Origin: Tubiluchus corallicola
Lineage: Eukaryota > Animalia > Priapulida
Assembly: GCA_030141605.1 (NCBI GenBank)
Contig: JAQGDQ010001107.1
Span: 1 to 62,198 of the forward strand
Length of the DNA stretch: 62,198 nucleotides
Direction of reading: 5' to 3'
The notes under the pieces were generated by a model. That model saw only the letters and a list, made by a program, of their open reading frames with translations, did no database searches and was not told where the DNA came from. Numbering within the stretch: position 1 is the stretch's first letter; every line of letters starts with the position of its first letter. A program made the translations under genes and the position numbers. Positions 25,656 through 38,720 of the stretch are shown here, piece after piece.

Positions 25656-26957
25656 TTTGTTAGTGGCACCTATATACTAAGCTAGTCCTAGCAACAATGA
25701 TACCTTTGCTCGCTGACGTCATTCACGTGGCTTTGACATTCAGAATGGTAAAAACATAAGCATGAAAGAAACGTTAGCTAACCCTAACCAAGTATGAAAA
25801 AGTTGAAGTTATTCACATATAAAATTTATAAAATCCTGCCAATGACTTTTGAATCCTATTACACAGAACGAAACTAACTTAGAGAGGGATATGATTTTTA
25901 TTAAGAACATTGCACTGTATAAGATGTTCTATTTTATTTTTGTCATACGACCTAGCATTATTTTGAGAAGGTACAGTCACTGATATAGAAAAAATTTAAA
26001 ACTTACAATGTTTTTGTTTTCCTCTGATATGAAGAAATCAAAACAAAAATTTAAAAATCAAGAACCATTGTGCAATAATTTTACAAACTATTTTTATTAA
26101 TGAAGAAAAAATATTATGGAATGTCGCTCATATAATTGTAAAAATTGAGCAACATTAGAAACTTTTGGAAGAGTCAGTACATATTAAAAGAGAAGTCATA
26201 AAAACTGTCCAAACAGCTTGCCCTCCCTCCACTGATCGATAGACAATAGTAAAATTTGGCATTCCTTTCCAAAAACGACAAAATATTTTACAATTTTTCA
26301 CTGTGTAACACACAAACAGAAAACACGACACTTGTGCTGCACTCTGCTGGTGAAAATGGTCAAACTCAACTGGTACAGAATAACTAATAAATGTTACAGA
26401 ACTACTTCATATTACTCTGTTTTAAATAAACATGGAAGCCTACATATACATATATGATGTTAACGCTGTATAAACAAGGTAATTATGACGCATTATCTGT
26501 CCTCCTACATGAAGAAATTAAACAGTTTTCTAAAAGTACTAACCAAAAAGTACCAACATATTTTGGCAATTGAAATAATGCAAATTTATCGTGACAGTGA
26601 GGGAATTGGCACATAGTTTCAGTTAATCTATGTATATATATATATATATATGTATGTAACAGTGTTCATTTTAACTCAAATATATATATATATATGTTCT
26701 TGTTCATTTTAGTATATTTAGAGCACTTAAAATACCACTTATAAACACACAGTGCCATCTACTGAGCGTTACAGAATTTAATCCAGGTCAACAATTTAAA
26801 CTTATTAATTTAGAAGGCAGGTATGTTTTTTTCACTGGAAAAAGAGAGATTGTGTAGAGTTAGAAAATATTCTTTTGTCACAAATAAATATGTTTTATTA
26901 TATAAAGTAAAAATGCTAACAATAGCATTACACAGATATACTCGTGCATTTATATAA

Positions 26958-29900
26958 CTAGGTTGATTTATTGTACATTAAATATTGTTCTTTAAGCTCC
27001 TCTTTTAGTTTGTCATAAGCTTCATTTCGCTCGGTAACAACATCTGTGATTACACCTGCAAGTTACGAATAAATACTAATACATTCAGAAATAATTAAAG
27101 CACACCTGTATTAACAGACTTGTATTCTCAATGTTTTAATACTACAATAAAATTGATCACGATGTTGCACTGCACTGATGTACATTAGATATTTCTCTTT
27201 AACCCTTTCATACCCATTGTATCCCGTGGGATACGAGAATATTTTCTGCCTTTAAAATTAATAAAATTTTAAAACTGACAGTTATTTGATCTGTTAAAAG
27301 TTATTTTGATTTAAGCCAATAACAACAGACTAAAAATGGTGATAAAATGGCAAACTAGAAAATCTACATAGCATAAAAAACTGTGTAAGGTACAGTACTT
27401 TAGAGACGACTTTGTACAGATCAGCATAGCATGCATACTAAATGTCTTAAATACTTTAAAAAATTATCAGCAGTTGCAAAATGAAGCACATTTTATGCTT
27501 CCATTGAATCCCAATGTATCCCGTGGGATACAAGCTGTATTTAGCACACGGGCACAGGTAGAATAAAATAATTATTATGTGTAAACAAGATGGACATACT
27601 GAACAAAAGTACCAAGCCAAAAAATTTTTTCTTATTAAAAAATAATTTGGGACTGAAAGGGTTAATTACACTGTACCAAAAACACAGCACTGAGCATAGA
27701 TAAACTTAACTCATTAGTTAAGGCTCTAGGGTATGCTTATATAGCACAAGCACATGCTCAACCATGTCTCACTTTAAGAGAAAACTCTTAATAAAACACA
27801 ATGTGAAAGCTAAGCTGTTCATCGATCCATTAGCTAAACAGGCCTGGGGATGCTTAACTAAGATTGCTCATAAACCATCCATTAATACCATAGCAGATTA
27901 TTAAAAGATCAGTTGAGTTACAGCATTAGCTGCATCACCTAAGCAAACTGTCAGATCCATAAAAGTGACATCTTCATAAAATTAAAAAACATCAATAAAC
28001 TAAAAAATCAAAAATCAAGACTTACTGTCCAGTATGTTACGGGCCACCGCCGAGTTTGTTACACGAGACAAAACATCATCCATGAGCCAAACCATGAATC
28101 CAGTTTCCACGTCTAAATAACAAATAATCATAATAAACTGACTTGTTCACAAAACTGTCAAATCACGTTGATGCCTGAGTTACGCGTGGCAGGTGAGTTA
28201 TGTATTGAAGAGTCGTGCAAAGAAATAATAGAAACATGCCAATCATCCTACTAGTTACTAACGAGTTGTGCTTTGGCTTATGCCAATTATCCTACTAGTT
28301 ACTAACGAGTTGTGGTGTGGCTTATGCCAATCATCCTACTAGTTACTAGGGGTGAGCATTCTCTACCAGAAAGCGAATTCGAATGGAACCGAACTTCAGT
28401 GTTTCGAATTCGAATTGAGATCCAAAGATTTTTGAACAAGTTTTCGAACCACCAGTAAAAATTAGTCTTACAAAGATCATGCATATCACTAGATTTTGTT
28501 CTGCAATAAAACGACTAGTAATTTCTTTAAAATTGTGCGCAGAAATCACAGCTAAATTATGCTAATTGCATGATGTTTCAATCGTTTTAGTGATCAGGAA
28601 CATATGTGATTGAAGTGCTGAATTATTCGAATCTATAGTTTTGGATTCGAATCGAGTTCGAACTAAAAAAACTCGTTCGAATCGAATTCGAGCGTTCGAT
28701 GCTCACCCCTACTAGTTACTACTAACGAGTTTTGCTTTGGCTTGTTTACACAGCAGATCCCGTCTTTCATATTTATACAAAAAGATTAATTAGAACACCC
28801 CTCTTGTTGATGTATTACAGGTGCAACATGAAATCATTTGTTCACAAGCAAAAGTAACACTTGCTCCCCACAGAGTAAGTTTCAATGAAAAACGGTCACA
28901 CTAGCAGAATAAAAAATAACACAAGAAGGAAAGAACAAAAGACAAAAGAGAATGAAAGACGCGCTTTAAATGTTGCGACTAAAGCGACACTCGGCACAAA
29001 CACGCAAAATGGCCGAAGGTTTTTCAGAGAAAATTGCATTTCTGAGGTGTGTGTGCCAATGCATAAATTCACAAAAAAGAATAATCATTGTAGGCAATAA
29101 ATTGTTCCCTTTGAACAACAAAAAAACCATTGAATGCAGCTGAACAGAAAAGTCACAGAGAAATATATACCGGGTGTCTCAAAAGTCATTGCATACGTTA
29201 TATACCGGATGTCTCAAAAGTCATTGCATACATTATATACCGGGTGTCTCAAAAGTCATTGCATACATTATATACCGGGTGTCTCAAAAGTCATTGCATA
29301 CATTATATACCGGGCCAAACACACATATACGGTTTCAAAAGTCTCATCATTATATACCGGGTGTCTCAAAAGTCATTGCATACAATATATACCGGGTGTC
29401 TCAAAAGTCATTGCATACGTCATATACCGGATGTCTCAAAAGTCATTGCATACAATATATACCGGGTGTCTCAAAAGTCATTGCATGCATTATATACCGG
29501 GTGTCTCAAAAGTCATTGCATACAATATATACCGGGCCAAAACACACAAACCATGTCTCAAAAGTCATTGCATACAATATATACCGGGTGTCTCAAAAGT
29601 CATTGCATTCATTATATACCGGGTGTCTCAAAAGTCATTGCATACAATATGTACCGGGTGTCTCAAAAGTCATTGCATACGTCATATACCGCATGTCTCA
29701 AAAGTCATTGCATACAATATATACCGGGTGTCTCAAAAGTCATTGCATGCATTATATACCGGGTGTCTCAAAAGTCATTGCATACAATATATACCGGATG
29801 TCTCAAAAGTCATTACATACATTATAAACCGGGTGTCTCAAAAGTCATTGCATACAATATATACCGGATGTCTCAAAAGTCATTGCATGCATTATATACC

Positions 29901-32900
29901 GGGTGTCTCAAAAGTCATTGCATACAATATATACCGGATGTCTCAAAAGTCATTGCATACATTATATACCGGGTGTATCAAAAGTCATTGCATACAATAT
30001 ATACCGGATGTCTCAAAAGTCATTGCATACATTATATACCGGGTGTCTCAAAAGTCATTGCATACATTATATACCGGGTGTCTCAAAAGTCATTACATAC
30101 AGTTTACATTTTTTGTTCCTTTTTAACAAGCAAAGCAAAATGTTTAAAAATTGGTACAGATGAATTAAAACTTTGGACAATTCTTATAGTTGAATTAGAT
30201 GAAAATCTGAAGGGAACAACTAGCAGGTTTTTGCTACCTTCTCCAGAGACTTAAAGAGCCTCAGAGACATATCCAAAGGGCGAGTCAAGCATCTTGCATT
30301 GAGAAAGTCTCTCACAGTTCATGAGTGCTGAGGAAGGGCTGCATCTTTTTAAAAAACTACATCGTTAATGATGAGAGAAACGTGTGGTTCATACGATGCT
30401 CTGAATTTCCACTAAACTTCAGCTGATGATTGGTGAGAGAAACGTGTGGTTCATACGATGCTCTGAATTTCTACTAAACTTCAGCTGATGATTGGTGAGA
30501 GAAACGTGTGGTTCATACGATGCTCTGAATTTCTACTAAACTTCAGCTGATGATTGAAGAATCTCATGCAGGCTGATTTTCTACTTTGTTTCTAACATTA
30601 ATGTCATCGTCATAGCAACGTGGTTCCATACGAAAAATAAAAATAAAAATAATTATTAAAGGCCCCTGTTAATTCATGTAAGAGCTTGCTGAGATTGGAG
30701 AAAATTTTAAAAATAAAATTCGAAATCAGAGTGCATAGTGACTTTTGAAACACCCTGTACCTGAAAAGAGCATCTCAATCAACTCAACAATGTTAACTGA
30801 TTAGTACCTCTTTCTACGGGATCGTAAAAATATCCGCTCTGTGTGAGACTAGTGAACACAGCAGGTACAAGATCAGACAAATATCCTTGTGCGAAGGAAC
30901 GTGATGCTATCTTTTCTGCAGTCTCCGCATCTTCTGCCTCAGCCTCCTTCTGTTGCTTCATTCTTCTCAACTGTAACCAGAATAAAAAAACTGAATTCTT
31001 CTAGTCTTGATAAAGCTGCAATGCTTATGCACCAAATGTCAACTCACACAATAAATTTTGGAGAATGTTAGCATGACTGTCTAGAAGGCAAAATATCTGG
31101 GTTCTAATCCCGGTAATGGAACAAAAATTTTTCTAACATTGTTTACATGTAATTATATAATAATCTTAAAGCCAGTCTTCTGAGCCAACGCACAGCTTAT
31201 ATTTAAGCCAAGAATTTTCACATTTTTCATTTTAAGTTCAAAAATTTATCATCATCATCATCATCAAACGCCCATTACGTCTATTGTAGTCATTGGGCGG
31301 ACAGAACTCTAAAATAAAAGAAATCTGCCCTTAAGACTGGTAAACAAGGCAGTTAATCCAGCAAAAAACTAGACTCTGCTATGCCAGTGGCTTGTCAGCA
31401 CCACTTCCGATGCAAAAATTTATCGATACTTTACAAGAAGTTAAACAGTTTACAAATCATGACTATAATTGTTTTTAAAGAATTATGCAGACCGAGTTTA
31501 ATATTTATTACAAATAGCCTGTAAGATTGGAAATTGATTAAGCGAAACTGAAAGTTATCAAAAGAAATTGATAAAATCTCTTCTAAAAACATAAAACTTT
31601 TATGAAAGTCTGTTGAAAAATTGAGATTTTCTTGTTATAAACCGGACAACAAAAAACTCAAAATGTAGTGACAACATGCAATTAAAAAATGGAACAATGT
31701 CATTTTCAGACATTTTCAATGTGGTACCAAGTCAAGGTGTTTAATAAGAAAAATTGTTTATCAATGTTAAGCAGTTTCACACAAAGATAACAATGTGAAC
31801 ATACCTTTTCTTCTTTGTGTCGTCGTTCTTTCTCCTCAAGTCGTTGTGTCTCCGCTAGCTCTGCATTTCTGAGTTCAATAAACGCCCTCTGTTGAGCACG
31901 TAAATCAGCTAATTCTTCTTCTTCCATCACCTCAAGCAGTGACTGTTCGACGGTCTTGCCGACTAGAACTTCTAGGATGGGTTTCACCTCCACATCAAAC
32001 ACAAACAACTATCCAAGAAAGATTATAAACATGATTAATGTATTTTATTAAGATTTCTCACTAAATCTGCTTCGTTAATTTGACCATTTAAAATAATTAA
32101 TTGTCGGTTGAAATATCGGGTGACCCAATGAGACAATGACTAACAGCAACAGCAACATTGGCAGCAATACATGCATTAACAAAACCAGCAACAGCAACAA
32201 TAACAGCAACTGCAACACCTAAAAAAATAACAGCAACTCCAACAACTGCAACAGCTACAGCAACAGCAACAACAGGAACTGCAACAACTGCAACAGTTAC
32301 AACCTTAATAGCAACTGCAACAGCTACGACTACAATAGCAACTGCAGCCGCTACAACAACAACTAAAACAACTGCAGCAAAAACTGCAACAGCTACAACA
32401 ATAACAACAAATTACAAATGATTGATTACAAATTTATTTCTGTACTTAATCACAGACTCTAATACTGATAAGTTTAGGTTACTTTTCATGATTTACAAGT
32501 ATTTTTTAAACATAAAATTTAACACTAAGTGAAATACGACCGATTAATAAACCTACGTACATCGCCTTCATATATCTGCGTTTCTGCATCGAGGCCCGTC
32601 TTTGCAGGCACAAACAAAGGCGTAGATGGGCGATCAAGGAAATAATCAGTTTGGCACTGCGCATCAGTCTCCTCTACTCTGTCATACAATTCTTCTAAAT
32701 ATATTTCAGTCTGAACATCCTGTGTAACATAAAAAGTTAAATGAACTTTCAATTCAAGTAAAAAAAGTTGAAAGGGAAAGAAATGAAAAGTTTGAAAACA
32801 CGACAACTTTCCCTTTAATCACGATTTCAATTCCACATCATAGTTACATAAATAATTATCATTACTGTTATCATTTACCTGTGTTGTTAATTAATGTATC

Positions 32901-35405
32901 AATATTTGAATTCACCTGATGCTTTCGACCCTCAACTGGCTCAGCTGTGGATGGTCTCTCTTCATCAATTTCTCTTGCTGCTCGTTGCTTTGCTGCTGCT
33001 CTCCGTCTTGCAGCAGCTGCTGACTTCTTTTGTGCTTCGACCGCATCAGGTTGGGTTGACTATATAGAAAAAAATCATTTCAATTTCATTTTTTGAAGAT
33101 TTTTCAAGTTTTGCAAAATTTGGGTGAAATTGTTTGTTTTAACCACTTCATTGCCTGTATGGCGAGAATCTTCAGTCATGAAAAATGTTATTCTGCCTGG
33201 TCTGTATGATGAGACTGTGCCATCATGCTTAACACCTGATACCTGGTATCATGCATGGACATGATAGGCAGACTTCATGATATGAGTTACTGAAATAAAC
33301 TGTAGTACTGCAGTAATCTGTAGTAGTCTGTAGTCTGTAGTAATCTGTAGTACTGCAGTAATCTGTAGTCTGTAGTCTGTAGTAATCTGTAGTCTGTAGT
33401 AGTCTGTAGTCTGTAGTAGTCTGTAGTCTGTAGTAATCTGTATAGTCTGTAGTTTGTAGTAATCTGTAGTCTGTAGTAATTTGCAGTCTGCTGTAATCTG
33501 TAGTCTGTAGTCTGTAGTAGTCTGTAGTAATCTGTATAGTCTGTAGTTTGTAGTAATCTGTAGTCTGTAGTAATCTGTAGTCTGCAGTAATCTGTAGTCT
33601 GTAGTAGTCTGTAGTCTGTAGTAATCTGTATAGTCTGTAGTTTGGAGTAATCTGTAGTCTGTAGTAGTCTGTAGTCTGTAATAATCTGTAGTCTGTAGTA
33701 GTCTGTAGTCTGTAGTAATCTGTATAGTCTGTAGTTTGTAGTAATCTGTAGTCTGTAGTAATCTGTAGTCTGTAGTAGTCTGTAGTCTGCAGTAATCTGT
33801 AGTCGTCAGTAGTCTGTAGTTTGGAGTAATCTGTAGTCTGTAGTAGTCTGTAGTCTGTAATAATCTGCAGTCTGTAGTAGTCTGTAGTCTGTAGTAGTCT
33901 GTAGTCTGTAGTAATCTGTATAGTCTGTAGTTTGTAGTAATCTGTAGTCAGTAATCTGTAGTCTGTAGTAGTCAGTAGTCTGTGGTAGCCTGTAGTCTGT
34001 AGTAGCCTGTAGTCTGTAGTAATCTGTAGTCTGTAGTAGTCTGTAGTCTGTAGTAATCTGTATAGTCTGTAGTTTGTAGTAATCTGTAGTCTGTAGTAAT
34101 TTGCAGTCTGCTGTAATCTGTAGTCTGTAGTCTGTAGCAGTCTGTAGTAGTCTGTAGTCTGTAGTAATCTGTATAGTCTGTAGTTTGTAGTAATCTGTAG
34201 TCTGTAGTGATCTGTAGTCTGTAGTAATAGTCTGTAGTCTGTAGTAATCTGTATAGTCTGTAGTTTGGAGTAATCTGTAGTCTGTAGTAGTCTGTAGTCT
34301 GTAATAATCTGTAGTCTGTAGTAGTCTGTAGTCTGTAGTAATCTGTATAGTCTGTAGTTTGTAGTAATCTGTAGTCTGTAGTAATCTGTAGTCTGTAGTA
34401 GTCTGTAGTCTGCAGTAATCTGTAGTCGTCAGTAGTCTGTAGTAGATCTGTAGTCTGTAGTAGTCTGTAGTCTGTAATAATCTGTAGTCTGTAGTAGTCT
34501 GTAGTCTGTAGTAGTCTGTAGTCTGTAGTAATCTGTATAGTCTGTAGTTTGTAGTAATCTGTAGTCTGTAGTAATCTGTAGTCTGCAGTAATCTGTAGTC
34601 TGTAGTAGTCAGTAGTCTGTGGTAGCCTGTAGTAGCCTGTAGTCTGTAGTAATCTGTAGTCTGTAGTAGCGTGTAGTCTATAGTAGTCAGTAGTCTGTGG
34701 TAGCCTGTAGTCTGTAGTAGCCTGTAGTCTGTAGTAGCCTGTAGTCTGTAGTCTGTAGTAGCGTGTAGTCTATAGTAGTCTGTAGTTTGTGGTAATCTAT
34801 ACTCTGTAGTAGTAACTATTCCTTTTCCTGTGTTAGCTACTATACCAAATGCACATCAGAGAGTAGGTTAACATTGATACACTCACATTGCCTCTTGTTT
34901 ACTCTGCTAGATTAAAATGAGCAATTGGTATAGATTCGTACCTGTTGGAATTTTATTGACAATAAATAATATGATTTATTTCCTGTAAAATTGATGAAGT
35001 TTTCCCACATACCAATTGGACTATTCCCGACGCCCATGTGTTTCCTCGATGAACACGTCTATCATACATAATGTTCCCATAATGCTTTTTGTCCAACGGA
35101 ACATTCCTAAAAATAAGTAATGTAAAAAAGCAATCATTTCATTTCTTGTGAGTACAATTAATTTTGTAAAATATTGACAATTTTAATTAAAATTAGCGTT
35201 AATTTTCATTAAAAAAATGAATTAGCCTATGAAACTAGAAATCTTTCGGCATTGCAAAAAACATAATAATCTCAAACAAAACAAAGCAAACTCACGGATC
35301 TCTGTATTTATCCCGATATTTTTCCCGCACTGGAACAGTTCGTGGTGGACTGATGAACGTATAATTTCCTTGCTGACCTGGCTTTAGTGGGAAAATTTCA
35401 GTCAT
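26958..35405 (-). CDS. RSPH3: Radial spoke head protein 3, 8 coding exons, 352 aa
   Basis: Exons 35405-35296, 35106-35013, 33059-32916, 32719-32561, 32008-31805, 30970-30808, 28112-28026, 27055-26958; all GT-AG and phase-consistent (1059 nt). Motifs YGNIMYDRRVHRGNT, EPVEGRKHQDVQTEIYLEEL, QTDYFLDRPSTPLFVPAKTG, FDVEVKPILEVLVGKTVEQSLLEVMEEEEL, GYFYDPVE. Confidence 0.95.
27203..27661 (+). mobile_element. piggyBac-like MITE, 459 bp, in RSPH3 intron 7
   Basis: TTAA TSD on both sides, CCCTTTC/GAAAGGG termini, near-identical to 4228-4686. Confidence 0.92.
28347..28711 (+). mobile_element. hAT-type MITE rich in TTCGAA motifs
   Basis: TIR TAGGGGTGAGCAT/ATGCTCACCCCTA; 8-bp TSD CTAGTTAC; inserted in a 44-bp tandem repeat. 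Confidence 0.92.
29163..30100. repeat. 35-bp minisatellite TATATACCGGGTGTCTCAAAAGTCATTGCATACAT, ~26 copies, derived from a transposon end
   Basis: Direct reading; the unit mirrors the TIR at 30731-30759. Confidence 0.93.
30074..30757. mobile_element. Non-autonomous Tc1/mariner-like element with three internal ~63-bp repeats
   Basis: TA|CCGGGTGTCTCAAAAGTCA ... TGACTTTTGAAACACCCTG|TA. Confidence 0.75.
32140..32415. repeat. (GCAACA)-like low-complexity tract in RSPH3 intron 4
   Basis: Direct reading. Confidence 0.8.
33298..34813. repeat. Compound (TCTGTAG)/(TAG,TAA) satellite with a ~620-bp higher-order duplication
   Basis: Rare variants recur about 620 bp apart (TTGCAGTCTGCTG 33481/34101; AGTCGTCAGT 33801/34424). 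Confidence 0.92.
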
Positions 35406-36334
35406 TTTTTCTTTTGCTCACTTCATAAAGAAAAATTTTAATCATACGTTAAACATCAAGCAATCAATTTTTCATTAATATAAATATGAAAATTTAACAA
35501 TATAAACTGCACAAACTTTCATAAATAACTTTTCATGAAATTAAAAGAATGTAAAATGTTTGTTCTTCTTCCAACATCTCGACCACTAATCCACTGCATA
35601 ACTCACACAGCATTGCTATTGTAACTAAGTGCAGCTAAAAAATGGCAGCATAGCATTTGATTTTATTAATATACCTATGATTCTTATCAAATAGACTTGA
35701 AAAAATTTTAACTATCAAATTTTTTGCTTAAAGTTTATAGTTCCCCACACACAAGAAATTTCGCACCATGTTGTTCACAAAATATAGTTTTGATATATCT
35801 CATGGAATTAGGCCGCTATAGGTATTTTTGTACGCAATGTTAAAACTACACAAACACTCGACGCCCTGAAGTAGTTAACTTAAACCTAAAAACAAAGATT
35901 TAGAAAACTTTGCCTATATTTTATATTGTTTTTGTGGATTGGGGCAATCACAGCACGAAAGATCAAACTCAAAGCGATTCAATCAATTATCAGTGTGATA
36001 ATAATGATTTACTTTCACAAATGTATGCATAACTTACCTTCTATATTCATTTAACTTTTATGTCATTAGTGTTAGAACAAGAAAACGCAAAAAAACGTAC
36101 ACTTTACTAAAAATTAAAACCATAAATTTTAGGCGTGCTAGTACCAATAAATAAAAGCAAAATACCTCAGTCAAAATAAATTAGTTTTCCTTTGTTTCGC
36201 TAAAAATTATTGCGTTGCAAATTGTCATAAATGCACTAGACAATTTTCAGATTTTATCATCAAAATTCATGCCCAAGTAATTTCTCCGTTTCCGTGAGCT
36301 GTGATTTTTTTCTCCAGTGCATTGATACCATTGC

Positions 36335-36348
36335 GTTGCCATATCAAC
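36335..36348. promoter_or_regulatory. X-box-like motif GTTGCCATATCAAC upstream of RSPH3
   Basis: One mismatch to the RFX consensus. It lies upstream of a probable non-coding first exon (minus-strand donor AAG|GTAAGT at 36037). RSPH3 is a motile-cilia gene. Confidence 0.4.
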
Positions 36349-36479
36349 AGCTTTTGCGGGAAATTATTCATTAATTCTGCAACACCGTAGCTTAAAATTA
36401 AAACACGCTTGCAGACCACAGATACGCTTTTTGTAACGCCATTATTAATGAACCCTGAAAAATGTAGTAGATTCTCCCG

Positions 36480-36560
36480 AAACGAATTCGAATCGAAGAT
36501 TTTTCGAATTGAGATCGAGATTCAATAAGTTTTCGAACCACCAGCAAAAAATTACAAAAT
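36480..36560 (+). mobile_element. Internal fragment of the TTCGAA-rich hAT MITE
   Basis: TTCGAATTGAGATCGA..TTTTCGAACCACCAGCAAAAA is shared with the 28347 and 60015 copies. Confidence 0.55.
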
Positions 36561-38720
36561 CATTCACACCAAAAAACCAAACAAACAAACACACAAAACA
36601 ACACAACAAAAAAACAAAACAAACAACAAACAACACAACAAAAAAACCCAACAACAATCATTATAGCTCAGGCAAAAATACAAAATATTTGTTGTAATCG
36701 TCAAAATAAACTAAAATTTTCGTTGAACAGAAACTGTTAATAACAGAGAATTGAAGTAACAGAAAACACAAAATTCGACCGAAATGGGCGGCAAAGATCA
36801 ATAATAGATTGTCAGTTCTACTTTCATAGGCGACATTGAAGTTCATGTATCTGGCTATTAAATACTTTGTTTTTCTTGAGTAAGTGCAAGGTTAAATTTA
36901 TTATTTGTTTAACATTTTCCTAATTTAGGTCATTAAGATATGCAAATAATTTGTTATAATCACTGTATTAAAAATAATTACTAATAAATATCCACTTTAG
37001 TTTATTAACCAGTAGGTCAAAATTAAAATTTGTAAAGTCCTGCTCTTTATTGTCATTTCCTCGCTTTACTTTCTGAACCAAAACAAAAACTACCTAAATT
37101 GTTATATTCGATCACATTCCATAAGTTATTTTATGTGACACCTTTTATGTAACAAAGAATGCTGTGCATTTTCGACAGTTTTTCAACAAGACTAGAGTGC
37201 TTGGTCACAAGCACATTTCCAGGAGTCTTTTCAAAGCAGGCAGATTTGGACAGAAGAACAAAATGGTATGACACAGGATTATTTGGACCAAGTAAGTTAG
37301 GCACATTTAAGACTGAACATACAAAAGTTTGGACAAAGGCGACTTGGACACAGCAAGTATGAACAATCTGGACAAAGGTCACAGAGCATTTTATACGCAG
37401 ATTAGTTTGGAGACACAGGCGTCTTGAACAGATTGCAAAAGGAAGGCTAATTATGGCATTTTAATGTGCTAAATTCAGTGCAGCTCATACCTGATTTAAT
37501 GCAATGCATGTGTTATGTGACCTGTCTGTACTGTGTCTAAACGTTCCCTATAGAAACATTCTGTATAACTTACATGTATCCAAAGGCATTACATAATTTG
37601 GTACATGCATGACTAAATGTCTTGCATTCAGAAAATTACTGCATGAAAAATATTGCCATGCTAAAAACTCCAAACAACAAAAATCTATTAATTACTCAAC
37701 GCCCTAATTATTATTACGAAATGTACAATACAAGAAGAAAACTACTAATCAGTTGGCAGAATTAACTTAAAATATTGCTACTTGCATTGCTATAGTAGGA
37801 GTGCTCACTAAAACCAGCATTGGTCAAACTATAGAGGACTGCTTACTAAAACTATATTGGTCAAACTAGATACAGCACATGATTGATTTGCGACTACAAT
37901 TATTCATGTACACACAAAAGTACAAGCTACATAAAATCATTTTCATTTCTTAAAATATACGGACTAGAGTTGTGTATGCATGAAGCTGATGAATCAAAGC
38001 ATTATACCCAAAAACTTCGATTTGCCATACTACGAATATCTTCGAAAACCATGTCTAAGTTTTTGTGACATTTGCTTACATAGATAAACACTTCTGTTCC
38101 GCAAAAACGAGAGAATTTGCATAAGAATGATAGAAAGCGCTGATGTAATTAGTGACACAAACTTTATAATATTACAGCAACATACTATTGGTTAATGGAG
38201 CAACATGACAATTGAATAGAACATTAATTGCAAATGTGAAAAAAATAATGCAGGTTTTAATGTTTGTAAAACCATAGAATTATTCGAATTATTTATGAAT
38301 AGTAAGACTAAATTATTAAGACTTGACAGGTTTAAAGTTTATTGATCACAGGAATGTTTTAAAGCACTGTTAACTTCACATCAATAACTATTTTATTAAC
38401 AAAATGTGCATTTCATTAACATACATACATAACAAGTATATATATACATATATACTTGAAAATCACTTTAAACTAACATAGAGCTTTGTAATTGTTCAAC
38501 AATATGCAAAAATAGTTCATTATATACATTCTCAATGCGTAACTAGGCTAAGATTGCGATTTTGAAATATATACTTTTAAAAATTTGATAACAATTATAT
38601 TATATTATAAAGCTGCTACAGCGAAGTGCAATAATTTTGCTAGATTTGCACTAAAACAAGCAATTACACAACTCAACATGAGCATGTATAGATTAATAAA
38701 TTCTTTACTATGATACTGAT

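Noticed and set aside
30365-30560. Hammerhead-like CTGATGA...GAAAC core in the ~63-bp repeats
   Set aside because: Stem II (TTGGTGAGA) cannot pair, and no stem I forms next to a GUH site. An Infernal/RNAmotif hammerhead search would settle it.
31085-31125. B-box-like GGTTCTAATCC (also GGTTCAAATC near 3112 and 58108)
   Set aside because: No cloverleaf or A-box; at most decayed SINE heads, not tRNA genes.
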